From an uncultured Candidatus Rokubacteria bacterium (lineage in GTDB: Bacteria; Methylomirabilota; Methylomirabilia; Rokubacteriales; CSP1-6): a stretch of DNA of 64,000 bases. The notes beneath the pieces are model-generated. The model did not search any database. It saw only the letters and a list, made by a program, of their open reading frames with translations, and was not told the origin of the DNA. Position 1 is the first letter of the stretch, and each line of letters opens with the position of its first letter. This document shows, in pieces, positions 1-9,824 of this stretch. The stretch lies in assembly GCA_963762145.1 (NCBI GenBank), contig CAVXJS010000009.1, positions 704,001 through 768,000 of the forward strand. Reading direction: 5' to 3'. The position numbers were made by a program, and so were the translations under genes.

Positions 1-11
1 GAGGGCACGCG

Positions 12-506
12 ATGCAAGTCTTGCTGATCCGGCACGCCGCCGCGGTGCCCGCCGGAACACCCGGCATCGCGGACGACGAGCGCCGGCTGACCCCGAAGGG
101 CGAGGCCAAGTTCCGCGTGGCCGCGAAGGGGCTGGCGCGCATCGCCTCCCGACCCGATGTGCTCCTGACGAGCCCGCTACCGCGCGCGCGGCAGACCGCT
201 GAGATTGCCGCGCGCGCGTTCAAGCGGATCGAGCCCACCGTCGAGCCGGCCCTGGCCGGCGGGCCCGTATCCGGCATTCTGAGTGCTCTCGGAACGCACG
301 AGGCCGACGCCCTGGTCGGCCTCGTCGGCCACGAGCCCACGCTCTCCGACCTCCTGGCGCACCTGCTCGGGGCCCGCGCGGGCGACCCGTTCGCGTTCAA
401 GAAAGGAGGCGCCGCGCTCGTGGACCTGCCCGACGGGCCCTCGGAGCCGGGTCGTCTCCTCTGGTTCCTGAAGCCCCGCGTGTTGAGAGCGCTCGCGGAC
501 GACTAG
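12..506 (+). CDS. sixA: SixA-like phosphohistidine phosphatase (histidine phosphatase family)
   Basis: N-terminal LIRHA motif, 'RRLTPKG', 'SPLPRARQTAE', 'VGHEP'. Confidence 0.85.
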   Translation: MQVLLIRHAAAVPAGTPGIADDERRLTPKGEAKFRVAAKGLARIASRPDVLLTSPLPRARQTAEIAARAFKRIEPTVEPALAGGPVSGILSALGTHEADALVGLVGHEPTLSDLLAHLLGARAGDPFAFKKGGAALVDLPDGPSEPGRLLWFLKPRVLRALADD

Positions 507-518
507 ACGAACGGACGT

Positions 519-1364
519 CTACTCCGCGCCCTCTCCGCGCAGCGTCGGGTCCAGGAGATCGCGCAGCCCGTCGCCCAGAAGGTTCAGCCCGAGGACGGTG
601 ACCATGATCGCGGCGCCGGAGAGGCCCGAGATCCACGGCGCGTTCTGCAGGAACGAGCGGCCGTCGCTGATCACCGCGCCCCACGTCGCGGCCGGGGGCT
701 GCACCCCCAGGCCCAGGAAGCTCAGCGACGACTCGACCAGGATCGCGTCCGCCGCGCTCACCGTGACCATGACGAGCACGGGAGCCAGGCAATTCGGCAC
801 CACGTGGCGGGTCAGGACGTGCCAGTGGGTGCTCCCGAGCGCGATCGCGGCGAGGACGAACTCGCGCTCCCGCACCGTCAGGGTGACCGCGCGCTGCAGG
901 CGGGCAAACCGCGGCAGGAACGCCACCGCCACCGCGATGATGACGTTCAGCAGGCTCGAGCCGAGCCCGGCCATGACCGCGAGGGCGAGCAGCAGCGCCG
1001 GGAATGCCAGCATCATGTCCACCACCCGCATCGTGACCAGGTCGAGGCGCCCGCCGAAGTACCCGGAGACGAGCCCCACGCCCGCGCCGCCGATCGCGGC
1101 CACGCCGACGACGATCAGGGCCACCAGGAGCGAGACGCGCGCGCCCCACACCACGCGACTCCAGACGTCGCGGCCGAAGTCGTCGGTGCCGAAGAGGTGG
1201 GCGCGGCTTGGCGGTCGGATGCGCTCGAGCAGGCTGTTGGCGATCGGGTCGTGGGTGGCGAGGATCGGCGCCAGCAGCGCGACGAACAACACCGTCGCGA
1301 GCACCACGATGCCCACCCAGACCGCGACGCTCCGGCGGAGCCGGGTGTACACGCGGCCGATCAC
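519..1364 (-). CDS. Dpp/Opp-type ABC transporter permease (DppC-like)
   Basis: 'HLFGTDDFGRDVWSRVVWGARVSL', EAA loop, 'LGDGLRDLLDP'; GTG start overlaps the upstream TGA. Confidence 0.9.
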   Translation of the reverse strand: MIGRVYTRLRRSVAVWVGIVVLATVLFVALLAPILATHDPIANSLLERIRPPSRAHLFGTDDFGRDVWSRVVWGARVSLLVALIVVGVAAIGGAGVGLVSGYFGGRLDLVTMRVVDMMLAFPALLLALAVMAGLGSSLLNVIIAVAVAFLPRFARLQRAVTLTVREREFVLAAIALGSTHWHVLTRHVVPNCLAPVLVMVTVSAADAILVESSLSFLGLGVQPPAATWGAVISDGRSFLQNAPWISGLSGAAIMVTVLGLNLLGDGLRDLLDPTLRGEGAE

Positions 1365-2299
1365 GCCCGCACCCGGGGATCGAAGGCGGCGTAGAGCACG
1401 TCCACCACGACGTTGACCAGCACGATGCTGGTCGCGAACACCACGACCACGGCCTGCACCTGCGGGTAGTCGCGCTGATAGATCGACGAGATCAGCAGGC
1501 TGCCCATGCCCGGGCGGGCGAAGACCGTCTCCACCAGGATGGTGCCGCCGAGCTGGATCCCGAAGTTGGTCCCGACGATGGTCAGGATCGGCAGGGCCGC
1601 GTTGCGAAGCGCGTGCTTGGCGATGATGAGGACCTCCCGCAGGCCCTTGGCACGCGCGGTGCGGATGTAGTCCTGACGGATCACCTCGAGCATCGCGGAG
1701 CGCGTCATGCGCGTGACCATCGCGCCGAGCGACAATCCCAGGGCGAGCGCGGGCAGGACCAGGTGGTGCAGCGTGCTGAGCCATCCCCCGTCCCCGCCCG
1801 CGCCGATCGTCGGCGTCCAGCCGAGCGTGAAGGAGAAGAGCAGCAGGAGCAGCAACCCGAGCCAGAAGACGGGCATGGACATCCCGCCCAGGGCCAGCGT
1901 CATGGTGACGTAGTCGAGGGGGCGGTTGCGGCGCGTGGCCGCCAGGATGCCCGCCGGGATGCCGAGGAGCATGGACACGACGGCGCCCGCCACCGCGAGC
2001 TGCATGGTCGGGGCGAAGACCGCGAAGACCTCGAAGAAGGCGGGCCGCTGGGTGACGAGCGACTGACCGAAGTCGCCCCGCAACGCCCGCCCCACGAACG
2101 TCACGTACTGCATCGCCACGGAGCGGTCGAGCCCGAGGGCCTCGCGGAGGCGGGCGATCGACTCCTTGGTGGCGTAGTCCCCGAGCATCACCTGGGCCGG
2201 ATCGCCCGGGATCAGCCGCATGACGAGGAAGGCGATCGTGAAGGCGCCACCCACGCTCAGCCCCAGGAACGAGAGGCGCTGCAGCAGGAAGCGCTTCAC
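1361..2299 (-). CDS. Dpp/Opp-type ABC transporter permease (DppB-like)
   Basis: 'RLIPGDPA', 'DYIRTARAKGL', 'RDYPQVQ', 'DPRVR'; GTG start. Confidence 0.9.
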   Translation of the reverse strand: MKRFLLQRLSFLGLSVGGAFTIAFLVMRLIPGDPAQVMLGDYATKESIARLREALGLDRSVAMQYVTFVGRALRGDFGQSLVTQRPAFFEVFAVFAPTMQLAVAGAVVSMLLGIPAGILAATRRNRPLDYVTMTLALGGMSMPVFWLGLLLLLLFSFTLGWTPTIGAGGDGGWLSTLHHLVLPALALGLSLGAMVTRMTRSAMLEVIRQDYIRTARAKGLREVLIIAKHALRNAALPILTIVGTNFGIQLGGTILVETVFARPGMGSLLISSIYQRDYPQVQAVVVVFATSIVLVNVVVDVLYAAFDPRVRA

Positions 2300-2310
2300 G
2301 ATCGCCCCGC

Positions 2311-3852
2311 CTACTTGTCGATCGTCACCCCGTAGGCGTTCATCGTGAACTGCGGGTCGGGGGCGAAGTTCTTGACGCCGGCCCGTGAGGCCGCGAAGAG
2401 GACGTCGTTGTAGAGCGGTACCACCGGCACGTCCTCGCGCAGCTTCACCTGGATCTGCCGGTAGATGGCGAGCCGCTTGCCGCGGTCCAGCTCGACCTGC
2501 GCGGTCTCCAGGAGCTCGTCGATGCCCGCGTAGCGGGCGGTGTTGAGGCCGGGAGGGAAGCTCGAGGAGTGCAGCAGGTTCCAGAGCGGCTGGTCCGGGT
2601 CGGCCGGGCCCGTCACCCCGGTGAGCACCACGTGCGGCGTACCGGCGCCGCGGGCCGCGAGGTAGGCGGCCCGCTCCAGGATCTGAACGCTGGCGTCGAT
2701 GCCGACCTTCCGGAGGTCGTCGGCCAGGAGGACCGCGATCTTGTCGTAGGGCTGCAGGGTGAAGGACGTCACCGTGATCTTGAAGCCGCCCGGATAGCCC
2801 GCCTCGCGCAGGAGGGCCTTGGCCTTCTCCGGGTCGTACGGCCACTCGGTCAGCTCCTTGGCCGACTCCGGGAAGCTCGCGGTCAGCACCCAGTTGGGCT
2901 GGCCCTTCAGGCCGCTGAAGAACACCTCGCGCATCGCCTTCAGGTCCAGCGCGTGGGCAATCGCGCGGCGGACGAGCGGCTTGCCGAGCGGCTCGTAGGT
3001 CGCGTTGAGGATCATGTTGATGGTGTGGTTCGCGGTGCGTCGGTGGACGGTGATGCCCGGCACCTTGGAGAGCCGGCCGATCACCTCCGCGTTCTGCAGG
3101 GCGTAGAAGACGTCGATCTCCCCGCGCTGCAGCGCGATCTCGGCGGTGGTCTCCTCCTGGATCACCCGGAAGACGATCCGGTCCAGCTGGGGCGCGCCCA
3201 GGAAGTACTCCTTGTTCGCGACGAGGACGACCTGGTTCTTGGGCGACCAGCTCTCGAAGACGAACGGTCCGGTGCCGATCGGCTCGGTGGCGTACTTGTC
3301 CCCGAGCTTCTCCATCGCCTTGCGGCTCACCACGAAGCCCTGGTTGTAGGCCGCGACCTTGTTGAGGAAGCCGGGGTACTTCGCCTTGAGCCGGATGCGC
3401 ACGGTGAGCGGATCGACGACCTCGATGGCCTCGACCAGCTTGAACTCGCCCTTGTAGCGCGACGCGGTCTGCGGGTCCAGGACGCGGTCGTAGGAGAACT
3501 TCACGTCGTCCGCGGTCAGCTCCCCGTAGCCCTTGTGCCACTTCACGCCCTTGCGGAGGCGGAAGGTATACGTCTTGCCGTCGGCCGACAGCTCCCACTT
3601 CTCCGCGAGGTCCGGCACGATGCCGCCGCTCTTCTCGTACTCGTAGCGGACGAGGCCGTTGAAGATGTGATTGCTGACCGTCTGGTTCTCGATGTTGAAC
3701 AGCTTGGCGGGATCGAGCGCGGTCATGTCCGAGCCGATCCGGACGCGGAGCACCTTCTCCTGCGCGAGCGCGGGCGCCGCCACCGCGATCGCACCCGCGA
3801 GCCCAACGAGGGCGAGCGCGAGAAGCCAGATGGCCGGCCGGCGGCGCCTCAT
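2311..3852 (-). CDS. ABC transporter substrate-binding protein, family 5 (DppA/OppA-like)
   Basis: signal peptide; 'PDLAEKWELSADGKTYTFRLRKGVKWH', 'PIGTGPF'. Confidence 0.9.
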   Translation of the reverse strand: MRRRRPAIWLLALALVGLAGAIAVAAPALAQEKVLRVRIGSDMTALDPAKLFNIENQTVSNHIFNGLVRYEYEKSGGIVPDLAEKWELSADGKTYTFRLRKGVKWHKGYGELTADDVKFSYDRVLDPQTASRYKGEFKLVEAIEVVDPLTVRIRLKAKYPGFLNKVAAYNQGFVVSRKAMEKLGDKYATEPIGTGPFVFESWSPKNQVVLVANKEYFLGAPQLDRIVFRVIQEETTAEIALQRGEIDVFYALQNAEVIGRLSKVPGITVHRRTANHTINMILNATYEPLGKPLVRRAIAHALDLKAMREVFFSGLKGQPNWVLTASFPESAKELTEWPYDPEKAKALLREAGYPGGFKITVTSFTLQPYDKIAVLLADDLRKVGIDASVQILERAAYLAARGAGTPHVVLTGVTGPADPDQPLWNLLHSSSFPPGLNTARYAGIDELLETAQVELDRGKRLAIYRQIQVKLREDVPVVPLYNDVLFAASRAGVKNFAPDPQFTMNAYGVTIDK

Positions 3853-4505
3853 CGGGCGATCCCCGACGCGGGGATGCGCTCGAGCGCGGCGAGGACCTCG
3901 TCCACGTCCATCACGTCGCCGTACTTGGAATCCATGTCGAAGAGATTGACCACGTGGGTGAGCGGCACGCGGTCCGCCACGCACTGGCGCGGAATGACCA
4001 CCCGGAAGCCCGACGAGACCGCGTCCACCACCGTCGCCCGCACGCAGCCGCTGGTGGAGTCGCCGGTGACGATCACGGTGTCCACCCCGCAGGTGGTGAG
4101 ATACGAGTGCAGGCTCGTGCCGTAGAACCCGGACGGGAACCGCTTCTCGAGCACCAGCTCCCCGGAACGCGGGGCGAGCTCGGGCACGATCTGCACTTCC
4201 TTCGACCCCGGACGCAGCGCCTCGAGGCTGGGGATCTTCTTGACGAACCACCCGCCGTCCCGGAAGTGCTCCTCGGTGTACACCACCGTGGTGTGGACGA
4301 CCGGGAACTGCTTGGCGCGCGCGAGGTCGAGCAGGCGGCGGATGTTGCGGATCTCCTCGTCCATCGCGATGGCCATCGAGGACACCGCCGGGTCCGAGCA
4401 GCCGTGGTTGCAGTCGATCACGAGGAGCGCGGGGCGCTCGCCGAAACCGGTCCGCCGGCTGAAGCCGATACTCGCGTAGTAGCGCTCCGCTTCCTTGAGA
4501 TCCAT
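3849..4505 (-). CDS. Isochorismatase-family cysteine amidohydrolase (NicF/N-carbamoylsarcosine amidase-like)
   Basis: catalytic D-K-C in 'LLVID', 'EKRFPSGF', 'TSGCVRAT'; RBS GGAGG. Confidence 0.85.
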   Translation of the reverse strand: MDLKEAERYYASIGFSRRTGFGERPALLVIDCNHGCSDPAVSSMAIAMDEEIRNIRRLLDLARAKQFPVVHTTVVYTEEHFRDGGWFVKKIPSLEALRPGSKEVQIVPELAPRSGELVLEKRFPSGFYGTSLHSYLTTCGVDTVIVTGDSTSGCVRATVVDAVSSGFRVVIPRQCVADRVPLTHVVNLFDMDSKYGDVMDVDEVLAALERIPASGIAR

Positions 4506-4555
4506 GGGGTGGTCCTCCTGTGCCGGCGGGTGCGTCGGGACGGGTCGGAGAGCGG

Positions 4556-4822
4556 CTACCGCCGCTTGCCGCTCTGGGCCTTCTCCTGCGCCTGCTGCAC
4601 CACCTGCTCGAGCGCCTCGCGCCGCTGTTTCTCGCTGTTGAGCTCGTCGGTCAGCTGCTTGATCCTGGCCTGCACCTGGCCGCGCTCGTCGGCCTGGCGC
4701 ACCTTCAACGTCTCGATCTCGGTGCTCTGGCGGCCGCCTTCCCACCAGCTCAGGGCGGCCGCGCCGACGATCAGACCGATCAGGAGCGCCAGCAGGGATC
4801 CGAACACGCTCGACCCGCTCAT
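4556..4822 (-). CDS. Small membrane-anchored coiled-coil protein
   Basis: N-terminal TM helix and Q/E/K-rich heptads; strong RBS GAGGAGG. Confidence 0.6.
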   Translation of the reverse strand: MSGSSVFGSLLALLIGLIVGAAALSWWEGGRQSTEIETLKVRQADERGQVQARIKQLTDELNSEKQRREALEQVVQQAQEKAQSGKRR

Positions 4823-4844
4823 GGCCGTCCTCCTCTCTCGCCGG

Positions 4845-7352
4845 TTAGTGCCTGGCCGCCGCGGGGGAGACCGCGCTGTCCGACTTGATCCGCATGCCGT
4901 AGAACGAGCGCGCCACGAAGATCACCGAGACGACGAAGAAGATGGCGGCCAGCACCGAGGTGAAGGCGGTGCCGCGCTCCGCGCTCAGGGAGACGGCCAG
5001 CTCGACCGCGAGCAGGCCGAACAGCGTGGTGAACTTGATGATCGGGTTCATGGCCACCGAGGAGGTGTCCTTGAACGGATCGCCGACGGTGTCGCCCACC
5101 ACGGTGGCCGCGTGCAGCGGGGTGCCCTTCTCCTTCAGGTCCACCTCGACCACCTTCTTGGCGTTGTCCCAGGCCCCGCCCGCGTTGGCCATGAAGATGG
5201 CCTGGTAGAGGCCGAACAGCGCGATCGAGATGAGGTAGCCCACGAAGAAGTACGGCTCCACGAAAGCAAAGGCCAGCGTGACGAAGAACACCGCGAGGAA
5301 GATGTTGAACATGCCCTTCTGGGCGTACTGGGTGCAGATCTCGACCACCCGCTTGCTGTCGGCGACCGAGGCCTTGGTGACGCCCTCGAGGCGGATGTTG
5401 GCCTTGATGAACTCCACCGCCCGGTAGGCGCCGGTGGTCACCGCCTGGGTGGAGGCGCCGGTGAACCAGTAGATGATGGCGCCGCCGCTGATGAGGCCGA
5501 GCAGGAACGGGGCGTGCAGCAGCGAGAGCTTGTCCAGGTTCTGGGTGAGCCCGTGGGTGAGCAGCACGATGATCGAGAAGATCATGGTGGTCGCGCCCAC
5601 TACCGCGGTGCCGATCAGCACCGGCTTGGCGGTCGCCTTGAAGGTGTTGCCCGCCCCGTCGTTCTCTTCGAGCAGGTGCTTGGCCGCCTCGAAGTTGACG
5701 TCGAAGCCGTAGTCCTTCTTGAGCTGCGGCTTGATGCCGGGCATCGTCTCGATCACGGACAGCTCGAACACGGACTGGGCGTTGTCGGTGACCGGACCGT
5801 AGGAGTCCACCGCGATGGTCACCGGGCCCATGCCCAGGAAGCCGAAGGCCACGAGGCCGAACGCGAAGACCGCGGGCGCGGCCATCAGGGCGCCGAGCCC
5901 CAGCGTGCTGACCCCGTAGGCGATGCTCATCAGCAGCACCATGGTCAGGCCCAGCCAGTACGCACTGAAGTTGCCCGCGACGAGGCCGGAGAGGATACCG
6001 AGCGACGCCCCGCCCTCGCGGGCCGAGGTGACGACCTCGCGCACGTGGGCCGAGCTGGTGGAGGTGAAGACCTTGACGAACTCCGGAATGATGGCTCCGG
6101 CCAGCGTGCCGCAGGTGATGACCGTCGAGAGCTTCCACCAGAGGCTACCGTCGCCGAGATCGGGGATCATGATCCAGGAGGCCGCGTAGGTCAGCACCAC
6201 CGACACGATCGAGGTGAGCCACACCAGGCTCGTCAGGGGGGCCTCGAAGTTCATCTTGAGCGCCGAGCCGTAGCGGGCCTTCGCGAAGGCCTCGTTGACC
6301 AGGTAGGAGCCGCCGCTCGCCAGGATCATGATGATGCGCATCACGAAGATCCACACCAGGAGCTGGACCTGCACCAGCTCCTTGGGCACCGCGAGCAGGA
6401 TGAAGGTGATCAGGGCGACCCCGGTGACGCCGTAGGTCTCGAACCCGTCCGCGGTGGGACCGACCGAGTCGCCCGCGTTGTCTCCCGTGCAGTCCGCGAT
6501 GACGCCGGGGTTCCGCGCGTCGTCCTCCTTGATGTTGAACACGATCTTCATCAGGTCGGAGCCGATGTCCGCGATCTTGGTGAAGATGCCGCCCGCGATG
6601 CGCAAGGCGGCCGCCCCGAGCGACTCGCCGATGGCGAACCCGATGAAGCAGGCCCCCGCGTAGTCCCCCGGAATGTAGAGAAGGATGCACAGCATGATGA
6701 ACAGCTCGACGCTCACCAGCAGCATGCCGATGCTCATCCCCGCCTTGAGCGGAATCGCGTAGACCGGAAAGGGCAGCCCCTTGAGGCTCGCGAAGGCGGT
6801 GCGGGAGTTCGCGAAGGTGTTGATGCGGATCCCGAACCACGCCACCCCGTAGCTGCCGAGGATGCCGACCACGCTGAAGAGCAGGATGATGATGACCTTG
6901 GTGGCCTCGAAGTGCTGCAGGATGCCGAAGTAGAAGACGATGATCACCGCGATGAACAGTTCCAGGATCATGAGGAACTTGCCCTGGGTGATCAGGTACG
7001 TCTTGCAGGTCTCGTAGATCAGCTCGGAGATCTCCCGCATGGACTGGTGCACGGGCAGGTTCTTGAGCTGGGAGTAGATGACCAGGCCGAAGGCCAGCCC
7101 CAGCAGGCAGATCAGGAGACCCCACTGCAGCATGGTCCGTCCCGTCATGCCCACGAAGCTGGCCTGGGAGAGGTCGGGCAGCTTCAGGGAGGCTTCTCCC
7201 CCGCTGTGCGCCGGCGCGGCCACCTGGGCCGCGGGGGCGGGAGTCTGGGCCTGCGCGGCCGGGGCGAGCCCCGGCGCGAGCACGCTCAGGACGAGCAGCA
7301 CCCAGACGAGCGGGGTGAGCGCGCGCCGGGACAGGTGCCGAATCGCTTCCAT
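4845..7352 (-). CDS. hppA: Membrane-bound H+/Na+-translocating pyrophosphatase, divergent type
   Basis: 'DIGSDLMK..EDDARNPGVIADCTGDNAGD', 'GNTFKATAK', 'GGAWDNAKK', 'GDTVGDPFKDT'. Confidence 0.92.
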   Translation of the reverse strand: MEAIRHLSRRALTPLVWVLLVLSVLAPGLAPAAQAQTPAPAAQVAAPAHSGGEASLKLPDLSQASFVGMTGRTMLQWGLLICLLGLAFGLVIYSQLKNLPVHQSMREISELIYETCKTYLITQGKFLMILELFIAVIIVFYFGILQHFEATKVIIILLFSVVGILGSYGVAWFGIRINTFANSRTAFASLKGLPFPVYAIPLKAGMSIGMLLVSVELFIMLCILLYIPGDYAGACFIGFAIGESLGAAALRIAGGIFTKIADIGSDLMKIVFNIKEDDARNPGVIADCTGDNAGDSVGPTADGFETYGVTGVALITFILLAVPKELVQVQLLVWIFVMRIIMILASGGSYLVNEAFAKARYGSALKMNFEAPLTSLVWLTSIVSVVLTYAASWIMIPDLGDGSLWWKLSTVITCGTLAGAIIPEFVKVFTSTSSAHVREVVTSAREGGASLGILSGLVAGNFSAYWLGLTMVLLMSIAYGVSTLGLGALMAAPAVFAFGLVAFGFLGMGPVTIAVDSYGPVTDNAQSVFELSVIETMPGIKPQLKKDYGFDVNFEAAKHLLEENDGAGNTFKATAKPVLIGTAVVGATTMIFSIIVLLTHGLTQNLDKLSLLHAPFLLGLISGGAIIYWFTGASTQAVTTGAYRAVEFIKANIRLEGVTKASVADSKRVVEICTQYAQKGMFNIFLAVFFVTLAFAFVEPYFFVGYLISIALFGLYQAIFMANAGGAWDNAKKVVEVDLKEKGTPLHAATVVGDTVGDPFKDTSSVAMNPIIKFTTLFGLLAVELAVSLSAERGTAFTSVLAAIFFVVSVIFVARSFYGMRIKSDSAVSPAAARH

Positions 7353-7515
7353 AGTCCGAATCTCCTCGTTGAGCGAGTTTCGTTGAGCCAGTTCGATGAG
7401 TAGGTCAGGACGGCACGGACGCCCGAAGCCCAGCTGGGACCGAGAACCCAACTTGGGTTTATACCCCACGCGGCCCGCGCCCGTCAATTCGCCGGAGCCG
7501 ACCACGCGCCCCGCG

Positions 7516-7770
7516 TCACTCCCGCAGGAGGCTCTCGATCTCCTCGCGATTCACCCCGAAGCCGTCGAAGACGCGGTCGCCGATGACGACGGTGGGCACG
7601 CCGAGGCGACCCGCGCGCGCGAAGAGATCGAGGCTCGCGTCGGGATCTCGGCCCACGTCGCGCACGTCCACCGCCACCCCGCGGGTCTGGAAGAAAGCGA
7701 GCGCGGCTTCGCCGTCGGCGTTGCCTTCCATGGTAAAGAGCAGGGCCTTTTTCACCGGGGCGTCCACCAT
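7516..7770 (-). CDS. Glutaredoxin/NrdH-like small protein lacking cysteines
   Basis: 'GRLGVPTVVIGDRVFDGF' is typical of the NrdH/Grx C-terminal half; 84 aa. Confidence 0.65.
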   Translation of the reverse strand: MVDAPVKKALLFTMEGNADGEAALAFFQTRGVAVDVRDVGRDPDASLDLFARAGRLGVPTVVIGDRVFDGFGVNREEIESLLRE

Positions 7771-7825
7771 ACCATCTCGTCCTTGACGCTCCAACGTCCG
7801 GTTTGCTAGCATCCGCCCCCGCCAC

Positions 7826-8098
7826 ATGAACCGGGTGGATCTCGTGACCGCGATGGCCGCGTCGAGCGGCTGGACGAAGGCGGGCGCCGATCGCGCGCTA
7901 CGCGCCTTCCTCGAGTCGGTGCGCACTTCGCTCAAGCGTGGCCAGCCGGTGACGCTCGTGGGCTTCGGCACCTTCTCGGTGACCCGGCGCAAGCCGCGGA
8001 AGGGCAAGAATCCGCGCACCGGGCAGCCCATGCACGTGGCGGGCGGGCGGACGCCGCGCTTCAAGCCCTCCAAGGAGCTCAAGCGCGCGGTCCGTTAG
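7826..8098 (+). CDS. hup: HU family DNA-binding protein
   Basis: 'VTLVGFGTFSV', 'GKNPRTG', 'PRFKPSKELK'. Confidence 0.92.
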   Translation: MNRVDLVTAMAASSGWTKAGADRALRAFLESVRTSLKRGQPVTLVGFGTFSVTRRKPRKGKNPRTGQPMHVAGGRTPRFKPSKELKRAVR

Positions 8099-8144
8099 GG
8101 TTTTTCTCTGCTCCCAAATTGGGGGCGCACGTAAGATAGGGGCA

Positions 8145-9080
8145 GTGCGCGCCACCTCCGTCCTCGCCCTCAGCGTGGTCTGTTGGCTCGTCGCAGCGCC
8201 GGCTCCCGCTCAGACCACCAGCCCGAATAGCCGGCCGCTCGCGCTGAGTGCGGAGTCCGTTCTCCTGCTCGACACCCAAGGCCGGGTGCTGTACGCCAAG
8301 AGGCCCGCCGAGGACCACGCCCCCGCGAGCCTCGTCAAGCTCATGACGCTCTACCTCGCCTGCGAGGCGCTCGACGCCGGGCGCGCGCAGTGGGAGGACC
8401 CGGTGCTGGTGAGCCATCGCGCGGCCCTCACCCCTCGCTATCGCATGGGCCTGCGTACCGGCGAGTCCGCGCCGCTGCGCACGCTGCTCGAGGGCGTGGC
8501 CATCGCCTCCGCCAACGACGCGGCCACCGCGGTAGCCGAGCATCTGGGCGGCACCGAGGACGCCTTCGTGGCCGCGATGAACGCCAAGGCCGAGGAGCTC
8601 GGGCTCACCCACACGCGCTTCGCCAATGCCCACGGCCTGCCCGATCCCTCCCAGCGCAGCACCGCGGAGGATCTGGCCCGGCTGACCCAGCGCCTGCTCG
8701 AGGACTATCCCTCGTCGCGTCCCCTGCTGGGTGGCGCCACGTTCGTCTACCGCGGCCGCGTCTACAGCCGGCGCATCCCGCTCTTCCAGGACCCGGGTGG
8801 CGTGCAGGCGCTCAAGACCGGGTTCACGCGCGAGGCGGGCTACAATCTGGCCATCTCCGCGTGGAAGTCCGGGCAGCACTTCGTGCTGATCGTGCTCGGC
8901 TCGCAGACGCGGAGCCTCTCGTTCCGCGACGCGAAGACCGTGCTCCGCTACGGCTTCTACGAGACGGGCCTCGAGATCGCGCCGCCCGCGCCGGCCCCGC
9001 CGGTCAAGCGCAAGCCTCCGGTGTCCCCGCGGCGTCCGGGCGAGCGCCGGCCGCGCGCGGCGCTGCCCCCCGCGCGCTGA
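8145..9080 (+). CDS. D-alanyl-D-alanine carboxypeptidase (peptidase S11)
   Basis: SxxK 'ASLVK', SxN 'SANDA', 'KTG', 'NAHGL'; signal peptide. Confidence 0.88.
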   Translation: MRATSVLALSVVCWLVAAPAPAQTTSPNSRPLALSAESVLLLDTQGRVLYAKRPAEDHAPASLVKLMTLYLACEALDAGRAQWEDPVLVSHRAALTPRYRMGLRTGESAPLRTLLEGVAIASANDAATAVAEHLGGTEDAFVAAMNAKAEELGLTHTRFANAHGLPDPSQRSTAEDLARLTQRLLEDYPSSRPLLGGATFVYRGRVYSRRIPLFQDPGGVQALKTGFTREAGYNLAISAWKSGQHFVLIVLGSQTRSLSFRDAKTVLRYGFYETGLEIAPPAPAPPVKRKPPVSPRRPGERRPRAALPPAR

Positions 9081-9745
9081 TGGCGCCGCCGCGCGCGTTC
9101 GTCTTCGACGCCTACGGCACGCTCTTCGACGTCCACTCCATCGTGGACGTCGCGCGGGCCATCGCCCCCGACCCGCAGGCCCTCTCGCTCCTCTGGCGCC
9201 AGAAGCAGCTCGAGTACACGTGGCTCCGCTCGCTCATGGAGCGCTACGAGGACTTCTGGGTCGTGACCGGCCTGGCCCTGCGCTACGCGATGAGGCGCCT
9301 CGGCATCACCGCCACCGAAGCCCAGGTCGCCGCGCTGATGGACGCCTATCTCGCCCTGCTCCCGTTCCCGGAGGTGCCGTCGGCCCTCCGAGGGCTGGCG
9401 GGCACCCCGCTCGCCATCCTCTCCAATGGCTCGCCGCGCATGCTGGAGGGCGCGGTGCGCTCGAGCGGGCTCGACGGCGTCTTCGCCCACGTCCTCTCGG
9501 TGGACGCGGTGCGGGTCTACAAGCCGTCGCCGCGGGTCTACGAGCTGGCGCCGCTGGCGCTCGGGGTGACGCCGGGCGAGATTCTCTTCGTGTCGTCCAA
9601 CGGGTGGGACGTGGCGGGCGCCGCCGCCTTCGGCTTCCGGACCTGCTGGTGCAACCGCGCCAACGCGCCCGCGGAGGAGCTGGACGTGACGCCCGACTAC
9701 GAGGTGGACCGGCTGGACGCGATCGCGGACAAGCTGGGCATCTGA
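9080..9745 (+). CDS. Haloacid dehalogenase type II
   Basis: 'FDAYGTLFD', 'WRQKQLEY', 'LSNG', 'YKP', 'SSNGWD'. Confidence 0.9.
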   Translation: MAPPRAFVFDAYGTLFDVHSIVDVARAIAPDPQALSLLWRQKQLEYTWLRSLMERYEDFWVVTGLALRYAMRRLGITATEAQVAALMDAYLALLPFPEVPSALRGLAGTPLAILSNGSPRMLEGAVRSSGLDGVFAHVLSVDAVRVYKPSPRVYELAPLALGVTPGEILFVSSNGWDVAGAAAFGFRTCWCNRANAPAEELDVTPDYEVDRLDAIADKLGI

Positions 9746-9824
9746 CGATCGCGGGCTGTCATGCGGCGGAGCGTCCTGGGGCGCCGGGCGGGGTCAGGAC
9801 GATCCGCTCGCAGCGAACGGGGAC

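Noticed and set aside
3954-7403. Very long antisense ORFs (e.g. 1149 aa here; also 40673-43450 and 47768-50248)
   Set aside because: Shadow frames of high-GC genes with no recognisable motifs.
7516-7770. Second selenoprotein (Grx-like)
   Set aside because: No in-frame UGA at the active-site position.
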